From contig CATPBF010000009.1 of the NCBI GenBank assembly GCA_955652585.1, positions 1 to 40,580 of the forward strand: a stretch of 40,580 nucleotides of DNA, written 5' to 3'. The stretch is from Candidatus Dormiibacterota bacterium. Its GTDB lineage: Bacteria > Chloroflexota > Dormibacteria > Dormibacterales > Dormibacteraceae. Shown here one piece after another: positions 18,911 to 27,789 of this stretch. The notes below the pieces were generated by a model that searched no databases, had not been told where the DNA came from, and saw only the letters and a list, made by a program, of their open reading frames with translations. Position 1 is the first letter of the stretch. Each line of letters starts with the position of its first letter. The translations under genes were made by a program, and so were the position numbers.

Positions 18911-21151
18911 TCACATGGGAAGCGTGATCGTGCCCTCCTGGTCCGTGCGCAAGACCGTCGGAGGGAAACCGCGCGCGAGCCGCCCCGAGGAAAGCGAAGC
19001 GACCAACTGCGCGGTCGACGTCGCGTGCTCCAGGTCCGGCGAAAGTCGACTGCGGCCACCGGAGGGCAGAAGCAGATACGAACAAGTGCCTGCGAGGCGT
19101 CCGGTGGCGACGGTCTGAGCATCGACATCGAGGTCGCTAAGGTCGCAGAAGCTGCGGCCCGATTGAGCCACCACGCGTAGTCCGAGGTAAGCGGCGCCGA
19201 CCTGATCACCAGGGGCGCCTGGCTCTGGTGATAACACCTCGAGCCTGAAACCGGCTGACTCGAAGAGGTCGCCGGCGCGTGCTCGCACGACGCGGGCGCC
19301 GCGGGCGACAGCCTCGTAAGCGGCGGTCCGCCATGCTGACCCGGTGAGCTTAGCGTCGGGGATCAGCAGAGTCCCCGCCGCCCGATTCAGGCCGGCGAAA
19401 CCCGCAATGTGGCCGAGGCCAGGAGCGGTGATAGCGACCAGGTCTAATCGGGCCTGCCAGGGTGGAAGAATCTGCCCAAGCTCGTCGCTCAGCCGGGCGG
19501 GGCTTGGCCCGGCGTCGACCAGGATGGCTCCTTGCGGGCTCCGGAAGAGGACAGCCTGCCCGTTGCCGACGGCGAGCACGCTGACCTGTGGTGGCGCATT
19601 CGCCCACATGCACAGGGCGGTGCCGGCGATCAAGGCCGGGGCCGCGATCGCGCCGGCCAATGCCAGGGAGCGGCGTCGCGGGCTGACGTGGCCGGCGCTG
19701 AAGACGGCGCCCAGACCGGCGTAATAGGCGAGGCCCGCCCAGGTCGGGAATCGGACGACCGGGATCGCGGCCGCAGGCAGCCGTGCCAGCAGATAAGACA
19801 CCTGTTCGATGTAAGCGAGCAGCCCGGCCATTGGCAGCGCCGCGAGCCTGGCCAGCTCGGGAAAGAGTGAAAGGGGGCCAAGGGCGAGGCCGGCGGCGAC
19901 GATCGCCGGGAGGATCGGCAACACCAACGCGTTTGCGACGGGAGCCACAGGTGAGAGCAAGTGGAAATCGGTAGCCATCATCGGGAGGGTGCCAACCAGC
20001 GCTGCGCAGGTGACCGCGAACGGCTCTCGGACGATGTGCGGCAGCCACTGCAGGCGCGACTCGATGCAGGGCGTGAGCAGGATGATCGCGGTCGTGCCTG
20101 CGAACGAGAGTTGGAACCCTACGTCCCACGCGAATTCTGGCCGCCAGGCGAGCATGGCGGCCGCGGTGGTCGCGAGTGAAGTCCATACGTGGGATGGTCG
20201 ACCGAGGTTGGCGGCGGCGATGGCCAAACCTCCCATCACTGCCGCGCGGATCGCCGCTGGGGTGGCGCCGCCGGCGAGGGCATAGAGACCGATAAGACAA
20301 AGAGCGGGCCAGGTCGCGTATCCGCGGAGGACGGGCCGCAGCGCGCCCTGAACAATGCGCGCGAAGACGGCGACCTTAAGGCCGCTGAGCACCAGCAGGT
20401 GAACGAGCCCGGTCGCGATGAGCGCTTGCTGGAGCGTGGGGGGGATTCCCTGCCTAATGCCGAGCACCAGGCCAAGGAGGACAGCCGCATGTGGCGCGGG
20501 CAGCGCAGCGACCAGGGCGGCGATATAGCGGGCTCGCAGCCACGACGGCAATGCGGCGATTCCGGAGGCGGGGTTGCTCACGTTGATCCCGGTCGTGTCC
20601 AGTTCGAGGTATGCATGGCGCTGGGCCAGGTATGCGCGGCGATCGAATGACGGCAGGTCCCGAGGCAATACGAGCTTGCCGGTGGCGTTCAGCTGATCGC
20701 CGATGCCGGCCTCCGCAGGCCCTCGCCACCGCACCATCAAGTTGCCGACGCCAACGACCTGCGAGCCGCCGACGAGAATGACATCGGGTTCGACCAGGAC
20801 TTCCGAGCCTCCCGCAGCCGCCCGACTGTCGTCGGCGACATGGCCGGTAATGGTCGCGGTCTGCCCCGCCAGGGCAACCGCGCGGGTCGCGACGCCCGGA
20901 TCGAAGGCCGGGAGCTCTGCGCGCCCGACGCCGAGCAGCGCTGCCATCAGAGCGAGCGCGAGCACCGCGGGCCGGACTGCGAGCGCGAGGGCCAGGCATG
21001 GAATGGCAAGCGCGACCGCGAGCGCGCCGACCCACGATTGCGACGGCGCAATCACCACAGCGGCCGCCAGCGCGACCGACCATGAAACCGCGATCACGAG
21101 AAGAGGGACCCGCGCGAGCGAGCGGAGGTCGCGGCTGCGGGGCTCGTTCAT
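18911..21151 (-). CDS. comEC: ComEC/Rec2 DNA internalisation channel protein (C-terminal MBL domain degenerate)
   Basis: Polytopic competence domain (GLVHLLVLSGLKV, FQLSFAGT) plus a C-terminal beta-lactamase-fold region. Its ATG forms an ATGA overlap with the comEA stop. Confidence 0.9.
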   Translation of the reverse strand: MNEPRSRDLRSLARVPLLVIAVSWSVALAAAVVIAPSQSWVGALAVALAIPCLALALAVRPAVLALALMAALLGVGRAELPAFDPGVATRAVALAGQTATITGHVADDSRAAAGGSEVLVEPDVILVGGSQVVGVGNLMVRWRGPAEAGIGDQLNATGKLVLPRDLPSFDRRAYLAQRHAYLELDTTGINVSNPASGIAALPSWLRARYIAALVAALPAPHAAVLLGLVLGIRQGIPPTLQQALIATGLVHLLVLSGLKVAVFARIVQGALRPVLRGYATWPALCLIGLYALAGGATPAAIRAAVMGGLAIAAANLGRPSHVWTSLATTAAAMLAWRPEFAWDVGFQLSFAGTTAIILLTPCIESRLQWLPHIVREPFAVTCAALVGTLPMMATDFHLLSPVAPVANALVLPILPAIVAAGLALGPLSLFPELARLAALPMAGLLAYIEQVSYLLARLPAAAIPVVRFPTWAGLAYYAGLGAVFSAGHVSPRRRSLALAGAIAAPALIAGTALCMWANAPPQVSVLAVGNGQAVLFRSPQGAILVDAGPSPARLSDELGQILPPWQARLDLVAITAPGLGHIAGFAGLNRAAGTLLIPDAKLTGSAWRTAAYEAVARGARVVRARAGDLFESAGFRLEVLSPEPGAPGDQVGAAYLGLRVVAQSGRSFCDLSDLDVDAQTVATGRLAGTCSYLLLPSGGRSRLSPDLEHATSTAQLVASLSSGRLARGFPPTVLRTDQEGTITLPM

Positions 21152-21747
21152 AGCGTCAGGTAGCGGCGCGCGACGACGTAGTCGGCTTCGCTCATGCCGA
21201 GGATGTCGACGAGCTCGCGTGTGTTTTGAAAGCCGCCGAAGCTAGTGCGGTAGTCAATGACGTCCTGCGCGAAAGCGCTGGTGAAGCCCGGGACGACCTC
21301 GAGCTCTTCGAGCGTGGCGGAGTTGAGGTTGGTCCGCACGATGACCGTGGTCCCGGCGGAGCCTTTAGCAAATGGGACCTTGATCTGTTCCCCATCCTTG
21401 AGGCTGCCGGCCAGGTTGGGGAGGCGAGTGATGTCCGCTTCCACGGAAAGCCCGCCGGCCGAGGCGATGGCGTCGTAGACGCGATCCCCGCGCTTCATAC
21501 GGTAGAGGCCGGGATGCTCGACCGCGCCGACAACGTGGACGAGTAGGCCCGCGGGAGCGGGGACGTCGACGTTGCCGGCGGCGGCGGCAGCGGCAGCAGC
21601 TGAATCTGCGGCGCCCACCGGGCTGGCGTGCGCGGTCGCCGACGTGTAGAGGTAGGCTGCTACGACGGCGCCGATCCCAAGCAGGACCGGGACGGCGAGG
21701 GCGAGCAGAGGCTTCCAGCCGGGAATGAAGCTGAGGTAGTTGCGCAT
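21148..21747 (-). CDS. comEA: ComEA DNA receptor (membrane anchor + SLBB + helix-hairpin-helix)
   Basis: An N-terminal membrane helix, an SLBB-like GLYRMKRGDRVYDAI and the C-terminal HhH region NLNSATLEELEVVPGF...A..VIDYR. There is no SD before the ATG. Confidence 0.9.
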   Translation of the reverse strand: MRNYLSFIPGWKPLLALAVPVLLGIGAVVAAYLYTSATAHASPVGAADSAAAAAAAAGNVDVPAPAGLLVHVVGAVEHPGLYRMKRGDRVYDAIASAGGLSVEADITRLPNLAGSLKDGEQIKVPFAKGSAGTTVIVRTNLNSATLEELEVVPGFTSAFAQDVIDYRTSFGGFQNTRELVDILGMSEADYVVARRYLTL

Positions 21748-21754
21748 GTCGGCG

Positions 21755-21798
21755 AGGCTAGGGCGCAGGCGTGCGGGCGAAAACCCAGCCTGTTAAGG
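21755..21798 (-). promoter_or_regulatory. 17-nt box (copy A) + 21 nt + TAGCCT (-10, TAnnnT) + 7 nt + comEA ATG
   Basis: The minus strand reads CCTTAACAGGCTGGGTT-TTCGCCCGCACGCCTGCGCCC-TAGCCT-CGCCGAC-ATG. This geometry fits a leaderless transcript starting at the A of the ATG. Confidence 0.5.
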
Positions 21799-21813
21799 GC
21801 CTCGGCAAACGGC

Positions 21814-21887
21814 TGGTTCCGGGGGAAGGATTCGAACCTTCGGTCGAGGATCCAAAGTCCTCTGCCTTACCTCTTGGCCACCCCGGA
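21814..21887 (-). tRNA. tRNA-Gln (anticodon UUG)
   Basis: A cloverleaf folded by hand: UCCGGGG acceptor with U1:A72, D-arm GCCAAGAGGUAAGGC, anticodon stem GAGGA/UCCUC with loop CUUUGGA, T-arm AAGGUUCGAAUCCUU and an encoded CCA. Confidence 0.9.
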
Positions 21888-22012
21888 AGGTTGACTGGTT
21901 ACCAATGGTGGCCCAGTGACAAACACGGGGCCCGGCGGGCCCTAAAGAGTATGCGGAACGCTTTGACTGTTCAGACGTGACCTCCGGCGGGTAATGGACG
22001 TTGGATCTTCAT

Positions 22013-22453
22013 ATGAGAGCTGTAGTTGTGCTGCTCCTGATTGCGGCGACCGCCGCTTGTGGTGCGTATCGATTTCCGAGCGAGTCCCCGTCTGCGACCG
22101 GGACGGTGACCGGCCACGTGATGGCGGTTCCGTGCGCGCCCGTCCAGCCGGCGAACCAGCCACCGTGCGCCGGCCGGCCGGTGCCTGGTTTGGAGATCGA
22201 TTTCGCCGGCAATGGCACCGCCGTGAGCACCCGAACCGACTCGAGCGGCGCCTATTCGATCCAACTGCCCGCCGGGACCTGGAAGGTGAGCTTCAAGACC
22301 TTCATGCGGATCGTCAGCGGCCCGCCCACGGTGACCGTCCAGGCGGGTTCCAGCGTGGTTGCCGACTATCTCGTCGACTCGGGAATTCGCGTTCCGATCG
22401 CTAAGGAACCATCCCAATCCCCCACCCTCCCAGTGGGGGTGCGGGCAGCGTAG
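22013..22453 (+). CDS. small lipoprotein with a carboxypeptidase-regulatory-like (beta-sandwich) domain
   Basis: Starts MRAVVVLLLIAATAAC (lipobox), then GTVTGHV...GLEIDF...TRTDSSGAYSIQLPAGTWKV. The ATG at 22013 is preferred over the TTG at 22001. Confidence 0.7.
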   Translation: MRAVVVLLLIAATAACGAYRFPSESPSATGTVTGHVMAVPCAPVQPANQPPCAGRPVPGLEIDFAGNGTAVSTRTDSSGAYSIQLPAGTWKVSFKTFMRIVSGPPTVTVQAGSSVVADYLVDSGIRVPIAKEPSQSPTLPVGVRAA

Positions 22454-22491
22454 TGCGGGCGGCCCGAAGGCCGCAACCCAGCCTGTTAAGG
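22447..22491 (-). promoter_or_regulatory. 17-nt box (copy B) + 22 nt (contains a GCGGCC-TTCG-GGCCGC hairpin) + TACGCT
   Basis: A perfect box starts 5 nt after the leuS stop. No ORF start lies at the expected distance. It points antisense into the 3' end of the lipoprotein gene. Confidence 0.3.
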
Positions 22492-22496
22492 CTGCT

Positions 22497-24956
22497 TCAG
22501 GGGACCAGGTTGATCAGCTTGTCCGGGACGTAGATGACCTTCGACGGCCGGCCGCCGTTGAGGGCCACGCGGACCTTCTCGCTCGCCAGTGCCAGGGCGA
22601 GCGCTTGCTCCTCCGACAGCCCGGTCGCCGCCGTCAGCCGGTCCCTCACCTTGCCGGCGACCTGAACCACCAGCGTCATCTGCGGCTCAGCCGCGGCGGC
22701 GGCGTCGAACTCCGGCCAGGGCGCGTCCGCGAGCAAGCCGCGCTCAGGTCCACCCTCTCCCAACCGCTCCCACATCTCCTCGCTGACGTGCGGTCCGATC
22801 GGGTTCAACAGCTTGACCAGGGTGCGCACCGCGGAATCCCACACCGCATCGCGCGCTCCGCCGCGCTGCAGGTAGTCCTGCATCGCGTTGGCGAGCTCCA
22901 TCAGATACGCCACCGCGGTGTTGAAGCGCAGGTCGTCGTAGTCCTCGGTCACCTTCCTGACCGTCTGGGCAACCTTCCGGCGCAACAGCGCTTGATCGGT
23001 ACCGGCCGCCGATGCGCTGGACACCTCGATCGACTGCGGCTCGAGAACCAGGCGCCACACCCGTTGCAGGAAGCGGACCACGCCATGCAGTCCTTGATCG
23101 GTCCATTCCACATCCTCTTCGGGGGGACCGATGAACATCTCGTAGATGCGCCCGGCGTCGGCGCCCTCCTTCTCCACCAGCTCGTCCGGCGACACGCCGT
23201 TGCCGGCGGACTTCGACATCACCTGTCCGAAGCGCTTGACCATGCCCTGGTTGAAAAGTCGAATGAACGGCTCCGAAACGTCGAGCATCCCCGCGTCGAA
23301 CAACACCTTGGCGAAGAACCGCGAGTAAAGCAGATGCAGGATCGCGTGTTCGACCCCGCCCGTGTACTGGTCGACCGCCATCCAGTGGCTGGCGAGCTCG
23401 GGATCAAAGGGCTCCTTTTCGTCGTGGGGGCTCGCGTAGCGCAGGAAGTACCAGGACGAATCGACGAAGGTGTCCATCGTGTCGGTCTCACGCCGGGCCT
23501 CGCGTCCGCACTTGGGGCACGTGGTGCGCCAAAACTCGGGGTTGTCGGCGAGCGGCTTGTATTCCTTGGGGAGCAGTACAGGCAGCATGTTCGTGGGCAT
23601 GGGCACGATGCCATCGACCTCGCAGTACACGACTGGAATCGGGCAGCCCCAATACCGCTGCCGCGAGATGAGCCAGTCGCGCAGGCGGTACTTCACCGTC
23701 CGCTTGCCCAGGCCTTTCTCTTCGAGCCAGGTCACGATGCGATCGAAAGCGGTCTTGCTGTCGAGGCCGTCGAACTGGCCGCTGTTCACCATCACACCAG
23801 GTCCGACGTAGGCCTGGCTGAGGTCGTCGCCGGCGCCGCCAGCGGGCGCGATGACCTCGCGGATCGGCAGGTTGTACTTCCGCGCGAAGTCGAAGTCGCG
23901 CTCGTCGTGCGCCGGCACAGCCATGATCGCTCCGGTGCCGTAGGTCATGAGTACGTAGTCGGCGACCCAGATCTGGATCTTCTCGCCGTTGACAGGATTG
24001 ATGGCGAAACCGCCGGTGGGAACGCCGGTCTTCTCGCGTTCGGTCGAGAGGCGGTCGATCTCGCTCGCCTTGCGAGCTTTGGCGACGTACTCGCGCACCC
24101 GAGCACGGTTGGCGTCGGTTGTCACTTTCTCAACCAGCGGATGCTCGGGAGCCAGCACCATGAAAGTCGCGCCGAACAAGGTATCGGGTCGGGTCGTGAA
24201 GATGCGAATCGACTCCCCCTCGTGCCCGTCCACTGGGAAATCGACTTCCGCACCCTCGCTGCGGCCGATCCAGTTCGTCTGCATCAGCCGGACCTTGTGC
24301 GGCCACTTATCGAGCAGCTGTAGGTCGTTCAGCAAGCGCTCGGCGTAATCGGTGATCTTGAAGAACCACTGCTCGAGATCTCGCTTCTCGACCTCGACGT
24401 CCGCATGCCGCCAGCAGCGGCCATTGATGACCTGCTCGTTGGCCAGCACCGTTTTGTCGACCGGGCACCAGTTGACCGGAGCCATGGCGCGGTACGCCAA
24501 CCCGCGCTCATAGAAGAGCAGGAACAGCCACTCCGTCCACCGGTAGTAGTCCGGCAGGCAACTCGTGACCTCGCGGTCCCAGTCGTACAGGATCCCCAAC
24601 ATCTGGAGCTCGCGCTTCCCCTTCGCGATGTTCGCGAGCGTCCATTCTTGCGGGTGCATGTTTCCGCGCTTCATGGCCGCGTTCTCCGCGGGCAGGCCGA
24701 ATGCATCCCAGCCAAACGGGTGCAGCACCTCGAACCCCTGCATGCGCTTCATGCGCGCCAGGACATCGCCCATCACGTAGTTTCGGGCATGTCCGACGGT
24801 CAGATCGCCTGATGGATACGGGTACATCACGAGGTCGTAGTACTTGGGCTTTGGCGACCTGTCCGACGCCTTCATCACCCCGCGCTCGGTCCAGATCTTC
24901 TGCCACTTAGGCTCGATCTCCTGCGGAACGTAGGTACTACGCCGGGTGATGCTCAT
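22497..24956 (-). CDS. leuS: leucine--tRNA ligase
   Basis: Starts [26 protein letters not shown], with a HIGH-type region ([14 protein letters not shown]) and a KMSKS variant (VMSKSAGN). The ATG at 24956 is preceded by GGAAG in an AT-rich spacer. Confidence 0.95.
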   Translation of the reverse strand: MSITRRSTYVPQEIEPKWQKIWTERGVMKASDRSPKPKYYDLVMYPYPSGDLTVGHARNYVMGDVLARMKRMQGFEVLHPFGWDAFGLPAENAAMKRGNMHPQEWTLANIAKGKRELQMLGILYDWDREVTSCLPDYYRWTEWLFLLFYERGLAYRAMAPVNWCPVDKTVLANEQVINGRCWRHADVEVEKRDLEQWFFKITDYAERLLNDLQLLDKWPHKVRLMQTNWIGRSEGAEVDFPVDGHEGESIRIFTTRPDTLFGATFMVLAPEHPLVEKVTTDANRARVREYVAKARKASEIDRLSTEREKTGVPTGGFAINPVNGEKIQIWVADYVLMTYGTGAIMAVPAHDERDFDFARKYNLPIREVIAPAGGAGDDLSQAYVGPGVMVNSGQFDGLDSKTAFDRIVTWLEEKGLGKRTVKYRLRDWLISRQRYWGCPIPVVYCEVDGIVPMPTNMLPVLLPKEYKPLADNPEFWRTTCPKCGREARRETDTMDTFVDSSWYFLRYASPHDEKEPFDPELASHWMAVDQYTGGVEHAILHLLYSRFFAKVLFDAGMLDVSEPFIRLFNQGMVKRFGQVMSKSAGNGVSPDELVEKEGADAGRIYEMFIGPPEEDVEWTDQGLHGVVRFLQRVWRLVLEPQSIEVSSASAAGTDQALLRRKVAQTVRKVTEDYDDLRFNTAVAYLMELANAMQDYLQRGGARDAVWDSAVRTLVKLLNPIGPHVSEEMWERLGEGGPERGLLADAPWPEFDAAAAAEPQMTLVVQVAGKVRDRLTAATGLSEEQALALALASEKVRVALNGGRPSKVIYVPDKLINLVP

Positions 24957-25811
24957 GTGAACTTCCAATTCTATTTTTCTACGCCGGCGTTCGATCAGAG
25001 GGCCGAGTTCGTGGCCGACGATCGCACCGAGCACGAGCGCCGCACCCGCCCCCTGCAGCGCGTTCAGACGCTGGCCCGCCAACACGATCGCCGCGGCCAA
25101 GGCCCAGGCGGGCTCGGTGGCGAGGATGAGCGCGGTGCGGCTGGCGTCGAGGTGTGCCTGGGCCCAGGTCTGGACGTAGAACGCGACCGCCGATGCGAAC
25201 ACACCCGTGATCACGATCGCGAACCACACCTGCCCTGATGGGAGGTGGGTCAGCGAAGGGGTGCCGCCGATACTGAACAGCACCGCGCACGTCGCCATCT
25301 GCACCATCGCCAGTGGCGCGGCGCGCAGGCCGGGCGACCATTGGCTCAGAAGGACGATATGCAGCGCATAGAGGACCGCGCACACCATGACGAGAAAGTC
25401 GCCAAGTCCAACTCCGGCCCCGCCGCCCGCGAGCATCAGGGTTCCGATGAGCGCAAGGACGACCGCGATCACGGTCCGGCGATGCACCGAGACCCCGAAG
25501 AGCCGATCGATCAAGGGAGTGAACACGACGAACAGGCCGGTGATGAGGCCGGCGTTGCCGGGGCTGGTCGTCGTCTGGCCGACCGTCTGGAACAGGTAGC
25601 CGCCGGCGAGCACGGTCCCCGCGACGACGCCCACCCAAAGTTCGCGTCGCGACGGCAGCCTGTGCACGATGACCACCATCACCAGCGCAGCGAGCAGAAA
25701 CCTTAGCTCGAGGAAAGGCAGGACCGGGTACTGTGTGATCGCGTCCTTGACCAGGACGAACGTCCAGCCCCAGACCGCGGTCACCATCAATAGAAAGAAG
25801 ACGTAGATCAA
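24957..25811 (-). CDS. EamA/DMT family transporter, with no stop codon before leuS (in-frame read-through)
   Basis: About ten hydrophobic helices with two EamA-like halves ([12 protein letters not shown]..., [19 protein letters not shown]). The frame continues directly into the leuS ATG. The real start is probably the ATG at 25787. Confidence 0.8.
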
Positions 25812-26296
25812 TGGATCGACTGTGGGCGCCGTGGCGCATGGAGTACATCACCGGCGAGCAGCGGCCTGGATGCCTGTTCTGCCGCGTACTCGAGAATCCC
25901 GAAGACCCGGATGCCGAGCTCGTCGTGTGGCGACCACAAGGGGCGATCGTGATGCTGAACAAGTTCCCCTACAACGCCGGCCACGTGATGGTCGCCCCCG
26001 CCGCGCACGAGGGCGAGGTCGACAACCTCGACGACGGCCAGACCGCCGACCTCATGCGCGCCCTGAAGCGGTCGGTCGCCGTGCTGCGTGCGAGCCTCGA
26101 GCCGCAGGGCTTCAACATCGGCGCCAATACCGGCCGCGCCGCCGGCGCCGGCATTCCAGACCACGTGCACTTTCACGTGGTGCCGCGGTGGGACGGCGAC
26201 ACGAACTTCATGCCGGTGCTGGCCGAGGTCAAGGTGGTCAACGAGCACCTGCTGCGGACCGCGGCGAAGCTGCGGAAGGCTTTCTCAGCCAGCTGA
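25811..26296 (+). CDS. HIT family (histidine triad) nucleotide hydrolase/transferase
   Basis: Contains [16 protein letters not shown] and the histidine triad HVHFHVVPR. Confidence 0.9.
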   Translation: MDRLWAPWRMEYITGEQRPGCLFCRVLENPEDPDAELVVWRPQGAIVMLNKFPYNAGHVMVAPAAHEGEVDNLDDGQTADLMRALKRSVAVLRASLEPQGFNIGANTGRAAGAGIPDHVHFHVVPRWDGDTNFMPVLAEVKVVNEHLLRTAAKLRKAFSAS

Positions 26297-27752
26297 CCCG
26301 ACCACCCACGACGGTCGCCACTACGCGGCCCTCGTCGACCACGGTCAAATCGCACAGCATCCCGCGAGTCAACGCGCCGAGGTCGTTTTCCATTCCCACA
26401 GCAAATGCTGCCCCGGACGTGTATGCGCGCAGCGCCGGCGCGCGCGATACGGCGAGGTCGGGATGCCATTTCGCGCGGCGCCGCCAGTCGGTGGCCGCGT
26501 CGATGCCGAGCAGCGGATCGGCGGTCTCGACCGGCGCGTCGGAACCGAATGCCAGTCGGGCACCCGCACGCTCCAGAGCGCCCCACGCGTATGCGTGCCC
26601 GCTCACCGTCGGCCAGTACGCATCGGCCAGCTCGCGGTCGGCGACGGCGTGAATCGGCTGCATGGAAGCGATCGCGCCGATGTGCGCGAACCGCGGCATG
26701 TCCTTGGGATCGACGCACTGCGCGTGCTCGATGCGCGGCCTCCAGAAACGCCATGCCCTGCGGTGTGGGGCCAGCGCGTCGAGCGCCCTGCGGACCGCGC
26801 CGTCCCCGATCGCGTGCAGGCACACGTTCAGCTCGGCGCGTGCGCACCGTTCGAGCATGTCGAGCAGGTCCAGTTGCGGGAGTCGCACAGTGCCCGAACC
26901 ATCGAGCATTTCTGCGGTCCGGCTGCCTAATGAGCCGTCGAGGAACGCCTTCACGCCCCAGATCCGAAGCCACGGGTCGCCCCATCCGGAACGCACGCCG
27001 ATCCGTTCGGCGTGGTGGAGGTCCGCGATGGGGAGGTTGTACGTGATCCTCAGCGGCAGCTTGCCTCGCGCGTGGAGGCGCTGAAAGGAGGCGAAGCCCC
27101 TCGCGCTGTCCATGGAATGCACGGACGTGAGGCCCAGGCGCGCGAGTGCCGCCAGCGCCCGCGTCATCGCGGCATCGAAGTCGCGGTCTGTCGCCCTCGG
27201 CATGTTGGCGGCCACGAGCTCCATTGCCGTTTCGCGAAGGATCCCTGTTGGCTCACCCTGATCGTCGCGGTCGATGACGCCGCCTGGGAGATCGTGAGTG
27301 CCCCGGTCGATGCCCGCTTGTTTCAGGGCCGCCGACGAGACCCAGGCCGAGTGGCCGTCCTTGCGACGGAGGTACACGGGCCGGCCGCCGGCGGCGTGGT
27401 CGAGGTCGCGGCTGGAAGGGAAGGCAGGGTCCGACCACGCGTCGTTGTACCAGCCCGAGCCGACCACCCAACCGTCTTTCGGCAGCCGCGCTGCCCACTT
27501 CTTCACGCGTGTGAGGACGTCTTCAAGGCTGTCGGCGCCGGTCAGATCGAGCGTGAGGTGGCGCTCGGCGAGGCCCTCCAGGTGGATGTGTGAATCGATC
27601 AACCCGGGCCATGCGGCTCCGCGCAGCCGGACCACCTCGGCGCCGCGACCCGCCGCCTGGCGTGCCCGCACGCCAACACCGATGATCCTTCGGTCAGGGC
27701 CGGCGGCGACCTCGGGCTTGCAGCCCGCGAATAGCACCGCGCCGCTCTTCAC
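26238..27752 (-). CDS. amidohydrolase family protein (YtcJ-like, amidohydrolase_3)
   Basis: Contains GLIDSHIHLEG, central LHAIGDGAV, and C-terminal FGSDAPVE and GGRV. It overlaps the HIT 3' end by 59 nt (convergent). Confidence 0.85.
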   Translation of the reverse strand: MKSGAVLFAGCKPEVAAGPDRRIIGVGVRARQAAGRGAEVVRLRGAAWPGLIDSHIHLEGLAERHLTLDLTGADSLEDVLTRVKKWAARLPKDGWVVGSGWYNDAWSDPAFPSSRDLDHAAGGRPVYLRRKDGHSAWVSSAALKQAGIDRGTHDLPGGVIDRDDQGEPTGILRETAMELVAANMPRATDRDFDAAMTRALAALARLGLTSVHSMDSARGFASFQRLHARGKLPLRITYNLPIADLHHAERIGVRSGWGDPWLRIWGVKAFLDGSLGSRTAEMLDGSGTVRLPQLDLLDMLERCARAELNVCLHAIGDGAVRRALDALAPHRRAWRFWRPRIEHAQCVDPKDMPRFAHIGAIASMQPIHAVADRELADAYWPTVSGHAYAWGALERAGARLAFGSDAPVETADPLLGIDAATDWRRRAKWHPDLAVSRAPALRAYTSGAAFAVGMENDLGALTRGMLCDLTVVDEGRVVATVVGGRVSWLRKPSAASPRSAAGAR

Positions 27753-27789
27753 AAACTAGGGTCCCCGCGAAATTGAAAATTTCGCAGGG

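Noticed and set aside
18873-19085. Upstream extensions of holA. The same applies to the ACAD gene (28924-29007), the ABC ATPase (37386-37439) and the Tat mini-protein (9717-9764).
   Set aside because: Each extension is compositionally odd and overlaps a neighbouring gene or intergenic signal. Internal ATGs match the conserved family N-termini.
21782-22491. Direct 17-nt repeats flanking tRNA-Gln, considered as att sites of an integrated element
   Set aside because: The segment between them holds only the tRNA and a small lipoprotein, with no integrase. Further copies lie at 30874 and, inverted, at 13623 next to housekeeping genes. The fixed spacing to -10-like hexamers fits a regulatory element better.
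22745-22770. CCCTCTCCCAACCGCTCCC inside leuS, which resembles the REP-like element
   Set aside because: There is no hairpin partner. It simply encodes the LeuRS peptide ERLGEGG, so the resemblance is coincidental.
22359-24323. 654-aa plus-strand ORF
   Set aside because: It is antisense to leuS, has shadow-frame composition and contains no motif.
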